Shown here: piece by piece, positions 7,221 through 16,472 of the stretch
Layout: every line of letters begins with the position of its first letter
Numbering within the stretch: position 1 is the first letter of the stretch
From: a virus
Lineage: Duplodnaviria > Caudoviricetes
Length of the DNA stretch: 27,754 nt
Direction: 5' to 3' (one strand)
IMG/VR virus record: IMGVR_UViG_3300037424_001509
Span: 1-27,754 of that record
Program-made: the position numbers and the translations under genes
Notes under the pieces: model-generated
Told to the model about the DNA's origin: nothing
The model's database searches: none
Seen by the model: the letters and a program-made list of their open reading frames with translations, nothing else

Positions 7221-8711
7221 ATGAAAGAAGAACCGAAAAAGAGAGGACCGAAACCTGGGTGGAAAAAAGCTAAAGAACTGTCACAGATGGAATTGCAAAA
7301 ACCATTGATCAAGCTACCTTCCAAACAGTCTGATACGGAAGTAAGAATTGTCATTAACGAAGCCGGAAGTTCAGGTCTGAAAACGTTTCAGGGATTTGTC
7401 TCTGAAGCCTATCACACGCAATTGTATTGGCCTGGAGTTCAACCTTTGTATTCGAAATTAAGAACTTCCATGCCAGAACTGGTAATGATCCGAAGGGCAT
7501 TCTCAAGCTGGGCACATGCCATTACTCCGATGGTGGATATGCCCAAAGATCCATCGGATGGAGACAAGAAATATCGGGATTTCTTGCTATCCGAGTTTGA
7601 CAATATGGAAGGTGGTTTCGGTTCCTTTGTAGATACTCTCGTGAACCATGTTCCATTTTTCGGATGGGGTTGGTGGGAAGTGGTTCCCGGTTTGAGGAAT
7701 CAGGATTGGAAACCTCCGGATGCTGATGATAACTGGCGTTCAGAAGAGGACGATGACTTGATTGGTATTCGCCGTTTGGCATGGCGGGATACTTCTACCT
7801 TCGATGGCTGGATTTTCAACAGTAAGAAAAGAATGAAGGGTATGTATCAGAGAGACTGGCCTAACAATCGTATTCAATTAGATTTGGACAAGTCTCTTCA
7901 CATTACGTTCGGAGACAGTGTAAATCCCGAAGGCTCATCTCCTCTGGAAGCGGTTTGGAGATTGGAACGTATCAGGTATGGATATGAAGTCATCATGGGG
8001 ATTGGTTTCGAGCATGCCGCTGGTTACCTGAACGTAACTAAGACAGAGGGAGGTGATCTTACTGCCGAGGACATTACGAATATCGGAAAAGCCGCACAGC
8101 ATGTCATGTCAGCTCAGGAGGGAAACTATGCAGCTTGGCCTCCTGGCATCGATGGGCAGGTGAAAGATATCCCATTCGCTGCCTCCGGCTCGCTCTTAAA
8201 TGCTATCAAGCATTACAACCTTTTAGCGTTGGCCGTGTTCATGATGCAATTTATCGGGTTGAACACTTTCACGGACAAGGGTGCTCTTGCTTCTGCGAAG
8301 GACAGTTCTCAAGTTGCGGTCTTTACTTTCAATTCCATGATGGATGGTTTTGCCACTCAGTACGATAGACAGATCGGCCGTCGTCTCTGGGATTGGAATG
8401 TAAGAACGATGAATGCTTTTCCAGGTGCGACCAAGAGACCGATCATTCGTTTCTCTCACGTTGAAAAAGATGTCTCACTTTTGGAGCTTGGTCAGTTCCT
8501 TTCCACCATCAACGGTATTGTTCAGCTTGGGGATGCCGACCAGATTGCCATTCGACAGAAGACCGATTTTCTACCAGAAGAACTTCCCGAACCTTCCGAG
8601 ATACAGAACGAAACGGAAGACAAATTTCCAGACGTTGGCACTTCTACAACTAAACCGGACACTAAACCCGTTGAAAATCCTGAAGAGGAAGATGTAAATG
8701 CTGAACAATAA
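7221..8711 (+). CDS. portal protein (DUF935 / Mu gp29-like)
   Basis: Position after terL; GSSGL..F.G.V.E, FFGWGWWEVV and NPEGSSPLEAVWR motifs; acidic C-terminal tail; GAGG RBS. Confidence 0.88.
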   Translation: MKEEPKKRGPKPGWKKAKELSQMELQKPLIKLPSKQSDTEVRIVINEAGSSGLKTFQGFVSEAYHTQLYWPGVQPLYSKLRTSMPELVMIRRAFSSWAHAITPMVDMPKDPSDGDKKYRDFLLSEFDNMEGGFGSFVDTLVNHVPFFGWGWWEVVPGLRNQDWKPPDADDNWRSEEDDDLIGIRRLAWRDTSTFDGWIFNSKKRMKGMYQRDWPNNRIQLDLDKSLHITFGDSVNPEGSSPLEAVWRLERIRYGYEVIMGIGFEHAAGYLNVTKTEGGDLTAEDITNIGKAAQHVMSAQEGNYAAWPPGIDGQVKDIPFAASGSLLNAIKHYNLLALAVFMMQFIGLNTFTDKGALASAKDSSQVAVFTFNSMMDGFATQYDRQIGRRLWDWNVRTMNAFPGATKRPIIRFSHVEKDVSLLELGQFLSTINGIVQLGDADQIAIRQKTDFLPEELPEPSEIQNETEDKFPDVGTSTTKPDTKPVENPEEEDVNAEQ

Positions 8712-9429
8712 AGTCGGCAGAAAAAACATCCTAGACTATCTAACCCATGATACTCCTCAGCAACTTGTGCAGATGCACAAATTGTGGGATAGATATTCTG
8801 GACTTCCAGGTTTGCTGGATGGGATACGTTTTATATATGATCCAGAAAAGGGACAGTACCGAGACTCCTTTACCGGAAAATATATTTCACAGACTCAATT
8901 AAGAACTGCCGTTCAAAAAGTTTCAGCGGAAAGTGATCTCCGTATGCGTCAGAGAACACAACGGTATATTACGGGAGCTGTTATTTTGTTACTGTGGTTT
9001 GCTCAGATGCGTGAGGAGATGAAATCTTTATACCTGAGTGTTTGGCTGGCTTCCATAGGTGGTCTTCCATACGATACTCCAAAAGGAAGAACTGATTTCT
9101 ACCAGATGGTTGCTTCTCAATTTGACTACATGGACAGTTTCGCTCTTCAGCTCGAAAGCGGAAAGTCCGCTGCTCTCGGAAGAGCCGGAATGTACGGTGA
9201 GTACGGCAACGGTTTTTTTCAAAACATAGGTTTGGACAGAGCTTTAAAAAGGGGTTTTAAGAGAGCCAAGCGTATCCTGGGTCCAAATGAAAATCACTGC
9301 AATGACAATGGGGAAAGACCCGGATGTCTGGAACTTGCACAGATAGGCTGGATGCCCATTCGTGCTATGGTTCCCATCGGAGATGCTGCCTGTTATTCAA
9401 ATTGTAAGTGCCGAATTATCTATAAGTGA
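8698..9429 (+). CDS. minor head protein (Mu gpF / SPP1 gp7-like)
   Basis: Follows the portal; C-terminal Cys cluster ENHC...CLELA..GW.PI...PIG...C.SNCKCRI. Confidence 0.8.
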   Translation: MLNNKVGRKNILDYLTHDTPQQLVQMHKLWDRYSGLPGLLDGIRFIYDPEKGQYRDSFTGKYISQTQLRTAVQKVSAESDLRMRQRTQRYITGAVILLLWFAQMREEMKSLYLSVWLASIGGLPYDTPKGRTDFYQMVASQFDYMDSFALQLESGKSAALGRAGMYGEYGNGFFQNIGLDRALKRGFKRAKRILGPNENHCNDNGERPGCLELAQIGWMPIRAMVPIGDAACYSNCKCRIIYK

Positions 9430-9435
9430 GGAAAC

Positions 9436-9648
9436 ATGACTACTTCAGATAACATCGTAACAGTTGCTCCCAAAACAGATATCAGTCCACGAGCTCTTTC
9501 ACTTGCTCGTACTGTGGACAGGTTAAGACCGGGGACATATCAGTTGGAAATTATCATTCCAGAGATAAGAGCTTCTGCATGGCAGGTCGAAGTTGTAAGA
9601 ACTGAACATTTGTTCAGTAAAGTTTTGCCCAAATACAATCCGGAATGA
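9436..9648 (+). CDS. hypothetical protein
   Basis: GAGG RBS, tight packing with neighbours, 70 aa. Confidence 0.7.
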   Translation: MTTSDNIVTVAPKTDISPRALSLARTVDRLRPGTYQLEIIIPEIRASAWQVEVVRTEHLFSKVLPKYNPE

Positions 9649-9902
9649 AAAAAATGGAAACTCTTGTGATCTATTCCGGAAAGTGTCCCATCTGCGGAAG
9701 TACTTTAATGCAACATCTTGGAGATGCGGATTCTCTCGGTCTTGGAACTCTTCACTGTTTGGATTGTGATTACTCTGTGAAAACGGAAGACTTTGAAAAA
9801 CTATGGAACGATTTCAATCCTATCACGGACAGTGTAGAGAAATTGATAGAAGATCTAAAAGCTATTCAAGTAAAGGATGAAAAACATGTCAAATTTAAGT
9901 AG
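9645..9902 (+). CDS. zinc-ribbon protein
   Basis: CPICG...CLDC; ATGA overlap with the upstream gene. Confidence 0.7.
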   Translation: MKKMETLVIYSGKCPICGSTLMQHLGDADSLGLGTLHCLDCDYSVKTEDFEKLWNDFNPITDSVEKLIEDLKAIQVKDEKHVKFK

Positions 9903-10191
9903 TATCACGGTTCAGCATTCCAGTCTTTCCGATTTCTTTTCTGCTATCAAGAAAGCTCGGACAATGGAAAAACCGGAGTTTGACTATCTCATGTGTTGTG
10001 GAAACACGCTGAATTTTATAAAAGAAAAAGCTGGCCTCTGTAAAGAGGACAAGGTTTTATATGGCTCTACCTTTTTGGGAATGCTCGTAATGGTAAGAGA
10101 TTTTATCCCGGAAGGCAGAATTTTACTGTGTTTGCCTTCTGTAAAACATGGCAGTTTACCTCAAGTGAAACAGATTTTAGAAGTTTATTAA
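9877..10191 (+). CDS. hypothetical protein
   Basis: 104-aa ORF overlapping the upstream gene; AAAGGA RBS (start may be 9886). Confidence 0.6.
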   Translation: MKNMSNLSSITVQHSSLSDFFSAIKKARTMEKPEFDYLMCCGNTLNFIKEKAGLCKEDKVLYGSTFLGMLVMVRDFIPEGRILLCLPSVKHGSLPQVKQILEVY

Positions 10192-10269
10192 AGTTTTTTG
10201 AAAGTTCTCTAATAAAGGCAGATGTATATTGTAGTTGAAAGTCAGAAGTGCCGTTCCTTGCCTTTGCTG

Positions 10270-10302
10270 GCCGGTTCTCCGATAAGGAGTCCGGCTTTTT
10301 TT
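10270..10302 (+). terminator. intrinsic terminator-like hairpin
   Basis: GCCGGTTCTCC-GATAA-GGAGTCCGGC followed by T7, directly upstream of the protease RBS. Confidence 0.7.
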
Positions 10303-10315
10303 GTGGAGATTTTAA

Positions 10316-11872
10316 ATGCCATACATGAAAGTGAAAGACGGAGATAAAATTTGTGTCCACAAGCAGAACGAGGACAAGTCTCCCGGTGAAAAAATGAAAT
10401 GCTATACCGGAGACAGTGCCGATGCGGACGCTACAAAATATATGCGTGCTCTCTATGCCAATTCAGAGATGCAAGCTTTGAAAGGTTTTCTTGTTGAACT
10501 GGAGGGGGAAAGCCTGGAACAGAAAATGCGTTCTATACAAGATGCCTTTTCACAGGTTAGCAGAGCGCCCAGGCCGGAAGTTGCTCAGAACATTTCCTAC
10601 TGTTATATCAAAGAGATTTACGAAGGTTATGTGATCGTGGAGGAAGAAGGGGACAACAATCTTTACAAGGCAATCTATTCCATAGACAATGAAGGTAAGG
10701 TAACTTTTCAGACAAGGGAAGAATGGACTTCCGTTAAAAGAACTTACACAGAGATGGAAGATCATGGAGGGGGGGAAAGAGAAGACCTAAAAGTTAAGGA
10801 AGCTTCTTCTTTTATCTTTACAGAGCTTTCCACTGAGAGTTCTGAAACTTACATTGACGGTCTGGCTGCCGGCACATTTACGGCTATGAACGGCGAGGAA
10901 ATCACGTTCAAACCCGCAGACCTTTCCAACTATGTCAAAAATACACAGGCTATCATCGAATCCACCCGCACAGAAAAAGGAGAGATCGTTGGCTTGCCGA
11001 TCGATTTCGATGCCCACGATCATAAGGGCGGTGCGGGTTGGATCATTGGAGTAGAACTTGATGAAGCTCGAAAAATCATCAAGTTCCTCGTCAACTGGAC
11101 AAAGGAAGGTGCAAGGATAATCAAAGAAAATATACGCCGATATTTCTCTCCTTCTGTTGACGACACTAATAAATCAATCCTGGGCGGATCCCTTACCAAC
11201 TGGCCAGCTACCCGCAGCGCCAAAGGTCACATTATGTTACGCCCGATTGAGCTTTCACAAAATATGAAAGGAATTGATATGCCAAAGACACTCGAAGAGC
11301 TTGAAAGCGATGTCTCAGAGATGCAGGGCAAACTCGATACCATTCTAAAGGCTGTTCAGGGTAGCAACGGCCAGGAGAATGGTGAGGGTGAGAAGAAGTT
11401 CAGCAAAATTCTCAGCCCTGAGATCATGGAACTCCTGGGTTCTCCGGAAGCACTTGAGCAGATGGATGCTCGTGCGCAGGAGATGGCTCAGGCGACCATT
11501 CATCTTGGACAGCGCAAAAAGCACGTGACCGAGTTCGCCGCTAAGATCGCTGGCGGCACCAAGGAGAAACCTTTCGGCCTTCCAATCCGAACGGGTGATC
11601 TCATCTCCCTACTTTTGTCTCTTCCGGAAGCTCAGTCTCTTGCCGTGGAGAAAGTGCTGGAACGAACCTGGCACAATGCCGTTGATTTCGCCGAGCATGG
11701 CGTAGACGGTGATGGATTCCCGGCTAAGAGAACTCTTCCGAAGGAACTTCAAGGCGCAATGGCTGGCTGGGTCAAGGCTGGACATCCTGTCGAAGAGTTC
11801 TTTGCGGTAAACCCTGAAGCTGGCAGTGCTGACGAATACGACCTGCGAGCTTACGCAAAGAAGGAGGAATGA
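10316..11872 (+). CDS. head maturation protease/scaffold (Mu gpI-like) with N-terminal extension
   Basis: LPIDFDAH...GAGWI...VNWTKEG...RYFSPS...GGSLTNWPA is the Mu-like protease signature; helical C-terminal scaffold region; position before the capsid genes. Confidence 0.85.
   Translation: MPYMKVKDGDKICVHKQNEDKSPGEKMKCYTGDSADADATKYMRALYANSEMQALKGFLVELEGESLEQKMRSIQDAFSQVSRAPRPEVAQNISYCYIKEIYEGYVIVEEEGDNNLYKAIYSIDNEGKVTFQTREEWTSVKRTYTEMEDHGGGEREDLKVKEASSFIFTELSTESSETYIDGLAAGTFTAMNGEEITFKPADLSNYVKNTQAIIESTRTEKGEIVGLPIDFDAHDHKGGAGWIIGVELDEARKIIKFLVNWTKEGARIIKENIRRYFSPSVDDTNKSILGGSLTNWPATRSAKGHIMLRPIELSQNMKGIDMPKTLEELESDVSEMQGKLDTILKAVQGSNGQENGEGEKKFSKILSPEIMELLGSPEALEQMDARAQEMAQATIHLGQRKKHVTEFAAKIAGGTKEKPFGLPIRTGDLISLLLSLPEAQSLAVEKVLERTWHNAVDFAEHGVDGDGFPAKRTLPKELQGAMAGWVKAGHPVEEFFAVNPEAGSADEYDLRAYAKKEE
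11279..11872 (+). CDS. putative in-frame internal scaffold protein (Mu gpZ-like)
   Basis: AAAGGA (11267-11272) then in-frame ATG 11279 just after the protease domain: MPKTLEELESDVSEMQGK... Confidence 0.55.
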   Translation: MPKTLEELESDVSEMQGKLDTILKAVQGSNGQENGEGEKKFSKILSPEIMELLGSPEALEQMDARAQEMAQATIHLGQRKKHVTEFAAKIAGGTKEKPFGLPIRTGDLISLLLSLPEAQSLAVEKVLERTWHNAVDFAEHGVDGDGFPAKRTLPKELQGAMAGWVKAGHPVEEFFAVNPEAGSADEYDLRAYAKKEE

Positions 11873-11873
11873 A

Positions 11874-12326
11874 ATGGCTGATCTAACTTTCAATGCCAAC
11901 CTCCGATTCCTTGCTGAAGCTTTTACAGAGATTTTCCCTGTCTCTGTGGATGTCTATCCGCAACTGATTTGGAAGGGTGCGCCGCTGGTCATCGACCAGA
12001 ATGTGGATTCAACTGGTGTGATCACTGCCGATGGTGTCACTGCTGTGGATGGCGATGTGTTTGTCGGTATTGCGGCACATCAGGTCACAGTCAACGCAGG
12101 TGATCTCTCCGAACCGAAAGTGGAAGCCTATGTCTGGCCTTCCATCGTTGGGTTCCAAGATGCCAACCTGCTGCTTGCCGATCTTGGCAAACCAGTCTGG
12201 ATGTCCGACACTGGAACGCTCACTCTCACTCCGGGAGCATATCCCAGGATTGGGACTCTTTTCAAAGTGGAGAACGGTTATGCCTACGTTGTAATCAGTG
12301 GGCCAGCTGTTCTGGATGTCCCATAA
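11874..12326 (+). CDS. head decoration / cement protein
   Basis: AAGGAGG RBS with ATG 11874 (track start 11826 unlikely); small beta-rich protein between scaffold and major capsid; FVGIA...LGKPVWMSDTGTLT...IG pattern. Confidence 0.7.
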   Translation: MADLTFNANLRFLAEAFTEIFPVSVDVYPQLIWKGAPLVIDQNVDSTGVITADGVTAVDGDVFVGIAAHQVTVNAGDLSEPKVEAYVWPSIVGFQDANLLLADLGKPVWMSDTGTLTLTPGAYPRIGTLFKVENGYAYVVISGPAVLDVP

Positions 12327-12340
12327 AGGAGCGATGACAA

Positions 12341-13234
12341 ATGATTTCAAAAGAAGTTCCTACTCATCTCGTTGTCGCCGCTCGAACAGGTTTTCTTACC
12401 ACGATCGAAGCAGCCGCTCCTGCCTATACTCAGATCGCTGAAGTCGTCCCCATGAATGCTGCGACGATGGATCTGGTGGATCTTGGCGGTTCTCCGATGC
12501 CTGTTGAAAATCTCGGAAGGCCTCAGGTTCAGGACTTCATCGAGAAGAAAATGGCTGTGAAACCCAAAGACTGGGAAGTAACAACCTATATTAGCTACAA
12601 CGCTGTGCAGGATGATCAGACTGGAACCCTGGAGCGCAAAGTTCGCAGTGCCGGGAACAACTTCACCAAGCATATGGCTCAGGAAGCTTTTAAGATCCTG
12701 AATGCCGGTGAGACAGTGATCGGGTACGATGGTCTGCCTCTGTTCAGTGACTCTCACATTGACAAGGGTGGTGCCTACATCACTCCTCAGGACAATAAGG
12801 GAGCAGTGGCTCTCGACATTGATGCTTTGGAAGATGCGATCGTTGCTGCTCGCAAGTTCAAGGATGATCAGGGCAATTTCACAGACTTGAACTACAATCT
12901 TCTAGTTGTCCCTCCTGATCTGGAGCGTGCCGCAGCTGGTCTGACTTCCAAGACACTTCAGCCCTATGTCGTGAGTTCGCAGAGCGCGACCAATCCCTAT
13001 GCAGGTACTTTGGGATACATCGTGAGTAATCAGTTGGACAGCACTGCTGCCATTCTGGTTGCCTCCAGCGAAAGCATCAAACCTGTGCTTATCGTGCTGC
13101 GCGAAACTCCTGCTTTGCAGAGTGCATGGTTCGATCCGAAGGCACCCGATGGTGGACGTTTCTATTTCAAGTTCTATGGTCGCTATAATCACTATGCCGG
13201 TGACTGGCGAACTGTCTACCAGATCAATACCTGA
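12341..13234 (+). CDS. major capsid protein (Mu gpT-like, HK97 fold)
   Basis: 297 aa; GYDGLPLFSDSH, FKDDQG...LLVVPPDLERAA, IKPVLIVLRE and GDWRTVY motifs; AAGGAG RBS. Confidence 0.9.
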   Translation: MISKEVPTHLVVAARTGFLTTIEAAAPAYTQIAEVVPMNAATMDLVDLGGSPMPVENLGRPQVQDFIEKKMAVKPKDWEVTTYISYNAVQDDQTGTLERKVRSAGNNFTKHMAQEAFKILNAGETVIGYDGLPLFSDSHIDKGGAYITPQDNKGAVALDIDALEDAIVAARKFKDDQGNFTDLNYNLLVVPPDLERAAAGLTSKTLQPYVVSSQSATNPYAGTLGYIVSNQLDSTAAILVASSESIKPVLIVLRETPALQSAWFDPKAPDGGRFYFKFYGRYNHYAGDWRTVYQINT

Positions 13235-13257
13235 GATCACACCTCTTTCTCTCTCCG

Positions 13258-13294
13258 GGCAGGGCAGGTGGTTTTCGGGACTGCCTGTCCTGTC
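13258..13294 (+). terminator. long G-U-rich hairpin after the major capsid gene
   Basis: GGCAGGGCAGGTGGTTT...GGACTGCCTGTCCTGTC forms a stem of about 17 bp with several G-U pairs; only a weak U tract, so a partial terminator or mRNA stabiliser. Confidence 0.55.
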
Positions 13295-13317
13295 ACTTCT
13301 ACAGAAAGGAGATGAAT

Positions 13318-13704
13318 ATGTTTGCAAAAGTGAAACCAGAATGTCGTTACAAGACGATCACTGCTTTCAATGGTCATGAGTATACGCAGCGAGAATGGCG
13401 GAAGGTTCCCATAGGTTTTGAACAGGAAGCTTTGAGACATTCTTTTCTTATCACCATGGAAGCAGAGAAAGAGAAAGCTTCCCCAGTCGTGGCGGTAAAG
13501 ACTACTACTCCGGTGAAAATCATAGAAGCCATGAAACAGGTTGAAGCGCTCTTTCCGTGGGAAACTGCGGAACCGGAAAATCCAGAGCCTTCTGTAGAAC
13601 CTGATGAAGAAGATGAAACCGAGTCGGAGCCAGCTTCCGGGGCAAGTTCTACAGTTCCAGAAGCTAAAAAGCGTGGCGGTCGCCGAAGGAAATCTAAAGA
13701 ATGA
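13318..13704 (+). CDS. hypothetical head-associated protein
   Basis: AAGGAG RBS; folded N-terminus, acidic disordered C-terminus and basic tip KKRGGRRRK; position matches the small gene after the MCP in Mu-like heads. Confidence 0.7.
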   Translation: MFAKVKPECRYKTITAFNGHEYTQREWRKVPIGFEQEALRHSFLITMEAEKEKASPVVAVKTTTPVKIIEAMKQVEALFPWETAEPENPEPSVEPDEEDETESEPASGASSTVPEAKKRGGRRRKSKE

Positions 13705-14216
13705 GTATGCCTTCTCAGGAAGCTGACAGCTATGGGACTGTTCAAGGTGTAGCTGCTTACGTCAGAGTCTATACTGAGGATGGCGTATTTTCTACAAACA
13801 CAAATCCAACTGCAAATACAGTTGCTCGCTGGATAGATCAGGTCAGTGATATCATGAACCTGTGTCTGGCGGACAAGGGGTTTTCAACTCCAATTGTACA
13901 AGTAGATGCAGTCAGTTCCATCTCTATGGTCGTAGAACAGTTGGTCAGTGATCTGGTTGCCGCCGCTAATAGCAATGGAAGGTTTTTCAGCACGAGATTT
14001 ACGGATTCCGGTCTTTCTATCACCTCCATGATGCGTAAGGATGTTTGTGACTGGGTGGAGGCCAATGCCAATGGTCTGGAAAGTTCTGGAGTTCCAAGAA
14101 CTGCCGGAACTCTCGGTCATATCGGGACACGTGGCGTGGACAATGCCGGCGATGAGATATTCCCGATCTTCCAGCGGAAGCAACATGGGAACAGATTCCA
14201 AAATTGGGATACGTGA
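13701..14216 (+). CDS. head-tail adaptor (Mu gp36 / SPP1 gp15-like)
   Basis: YGTVQGVAAY...PT...V..WI...S..MN..L...GF.TPI pattern; position. Confidence 0.7.
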   Translation: MSMPSQEADSYGTVQGVAAYVRVYTEDGVFSTNTNPTANTVARWIDQVSDIMNLCLADKGFSTPIVQVDAVSSISMVVEQLVSDLVAAANSNGRFFSTRFTDSGLSITSMMRKDVCDWVEANANGLESSGVPRTAGTLGHIGTRGVDNAGDEIFPIFQRKQHGNRFQNWDT

Positions 14217-14710
14217 TGGCTCCTAAAAGAAATGCTCTGGTCAGGATTGAAATTGATGCCGATGCCTTTGTGAATCGGCTTCAGAAAACCATCGAGAAGT
14301 ATTTCGGTGACTCTGTAGATGTTTTGAACGAGACAGCCGAATACATCCGGGAGACGATGTCCAGACCAGGAGCGCCAATCACTCGTCCCGTAAAGTGGGA
14401 CACGCAAAAACAGAAACGTGCTTTCTTCGCGAGCAACGGTTTCGGAGGTGGGATCCCTCATGTCAGAAAGATGCAAGATGGATATATCGGAAGCTGGAAA
14501 ATTGTCAGGGCCGATACTCGCGGAAAGTCAAGAGCTTTTGTGAGCAGTGATTACAAGGGTGCTCCCTACATCGGCGGTACCATGCGTGGATATCAGTCCC
14601 GCATTCACAAGGGAAGATGGAACCAATTGAAGAAGGTTGTTAACGACATAATCAATGATCTTCCAAAAAGGTTGCGGGATAAATTTTCTGCAACAGGGAG
14701 AACAAGGTAA
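14216..14710 (+). CDS. neck / tail-completion protein (HK97 gp10-like)
   Basis: Basic protein; TGATG overlap gives start 14216; position between adaptor and tail terminator. Confidence 0.6.
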   Translation: MAPKRNALVRIEIDADAFVNRLQKTIEKYFGDSVDVLNETAEYIRETMSRPGAPITRPVKWDTQKQKRAFFASNGFGGGIPHVRKMQDGYIGSWKIVRADTRGKSRAFVSSDYKGAPYIGGTMRGYQSRIHKGRWNQLKKVVNDIINDLPKRLRDKFSATGRTR

Positions 14711-15171
14711 TGGAAGATCAGTATGCTCTTTGTGAGGCCGGAGTTCTGACTTCTGTCAGGTCTCTTGCAACTGCCTTTCCGGAGAGCTGGCAGGTAACGA
14801 CCGACGGTTCCAAATTTACGAAAGGAGCATTGAACTTTTTCATACTACGACCCGGAACCTTTCCTGTTTTCAAGGCACAGCAGAAATCCACCTATGATTT
14901 CCAGTGGAACATGACCGGGGAACTCTATGTAAGGTTCATGGAGTACGCAAAAGCCATTGACGAATTTAAGAGCATTAGATGGGCCGTGATTGAAAGATTG
15001 AAATCAGACCCTACGCTCGGTGGTACAAAAGGTGTATGGGAAGTGGATATTACTTCCGGGGGCGATGTCCAGTTCTGGTATGAAACTGAAACTGCCCCGA
15101 TACCGAATTTCGTTGTTCAATCGTTTTCAATCGTTGTCACCCAGCGTGTGATCTTCGAAAAACGCTGGTAG
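14710..15171 (+). CDS. tail terminator protein
   Basis: 153 aa directly before the tail tube; LKSDPTLGG motif; TAATG overlap. Confidence 0.65.
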   Translation: MEDQYALCEAGVLTSVRSLATAFPESWQVTTDGSKFTKGALNFFILRPGTFPVFKAQQKSTYDFQWNMTGELYVRFMEYAKAIDEFKSIRWAVIERLKSDPTLGGTKGVWEVDITSGGDVQFWYETETAPIPNFVVQSFSIVVTQRVIFEKRW

Positions 15172-15188
15172 AGCAAGGAGTAAAATAA

Positions 15189-16007
15189 ATGGGAACACCA
15201 CGCGATATTACCTGGGGTCTTGATGTTTACAGCATCATCGCATTTCCCCTTAACAGTGACGGAAGCCTTCAGGCCGTGAATACTACGCCGTATGAAGGAG
15301 TTGCCTTTGCCGGGCCGAAATCTTTCGATGTTAATTACGGAACGGCAAGAGCAATTGCCAATGTTTCACAGGGAAGAGTGAATGATACGATTCATCTCCC
15401 TTCCATTGATCCGAAAACCGGTACCATCCACTGCTCCTACGATATGCAGAGTTTGAATGCTCTGCTCTCCGGTGTCACAAAAGGCGCAGTTGGAGAAGGG
15501 ACGACCGTTCACTATGGAACTGACAAGCAAGGGCAGGAACCTCTGGTTGGTCTTCTGCTCTCTCAGCTTGTCACCCATGATGATGACGGTTTAGTCGTTT
15601 GGAAAAACTACATTGTTCCGAGAGCAACCGTTGTCCCGTCTCCTCACGCTTTCACAGAGAATGCTCTGGACAAGGTGTATGATATCACCTTCAGTTCTGC
15701 TAAACGTGAACTTTGGGGTGAAAACTTGAGCGAAGCAGTTCACGGATGTTTGCAGTCTACCATGACCGATATGACTACTGAAGGAAAACTCGGGATCGTT
15801 GCCTGGCTCGGAGACGGAGCTGAAACTGCTTTCCTGTTCCCTGCGGCAAAGACTCCGATCAGCGATGCGAAACTGGTTGTGTTCAATTTTGTAACTGGAA
15901 TTGAAGAGCCCGGTGTCTATGCCATTGATTTGTACGGAATTGGCTCTTTCACTCCGACTGTCATGCCCATCCTGGATGAGCTGCTTGTCGCCGTTTTTGA
16001 ATATTAA
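15189..16007 (+). CDS. major tail (tube) protein
   Basis: Strong AAGGAG RBS; beta-rich 272 aa; precedes chaperone and tape measure; no sheath gene present. Confidence 0.75.
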   Translation: MGTPRDITWGLDVYSIIAFPLNSDGSLQAVNTTPYEGVAFAGPKSFDVNYGTARAIANVSQGRVNDTIHLPSIDPKTGTIHCSYDMQSLNALLSGVTKGAVGEGTTVHYGTDKQGQEPLVGLLLSQLVTHDDDGLVVWKNYIVPRATVVPSPHAFTENALDKVYDITFSSAKRELWGENLSEAVHGCLQSTMTDMTTEGKLGIVAWLGDGAETAFLFPAAKTPISDAKLVVFNFVTGIEEPGVYAIDLYGIGSFTPTVMPILDELLVAVFEY

Positions 16008-16019
16008 ACAGGAGCTTCA

Positions 16020-16472
16020 ATGGATTTCAGACTTAGAACTAAAAGGGTTGAGTTCCTGGATTCGGATGGCGAGATTGTCGGTGCCGTAGATGTAACTCAG
16101 GCAACTCTCGGTGAAGAGGAAACTCTTGGAGAGATGGAAGCCGAAGCCAAAGACAGGAATGACCAGGAAATAGTTCAATGGATTGCAGAACATGGCGATG
16201 AGCCTCTTCCGACCAAATTGCAGAAGCGACAAAACTTCAGACTTGCAATCTATCCGAAGATGGCAGCTTGTTCCAGCGGTGATGTGCTGAATGAAGAAGA
16301 AGCACATAAGATGCCTGCTTCAGAGCTGAACAAGTGGTATAATGCCGCCAAGTTCTGTAATCCTGACTGGTTCCGTATCTTCGATGAGATTGAGGCAATT
16401 CTTTCTCGTGAAGATAATGATCCGGAGAAAGAGTCTCTGCTCCAAAAAAAAGGCAGGAAACGGGGAGAATAG
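16020..16472 (+). CDS. tail assembly chaperone (gpG-like)
   Basis: Acidic 150 aa between tube and tape measure; ends in a slippery A8 run. Confidence 0.75.
   Translation: MDFRLRTKRVEFLDSDGEIVGAVDVTQATLGEEETLGEMEAEAKDRNDQEIVQWIAEHGDEPLPTKLQKRQNFRLAIYPKMAACSSGDVLNEEEAHKMPASELNKWYNAAKFCNPDWFRIFDEIEAILSREDNDPEKESLLQKKGRKRGE

Noticed and set aside
8698-10191. MuF polymorphic toxin with immunity genes
   Set aside because: The gpF-like protein ends right after its Cys motif, with no C-terminal toxin domain.
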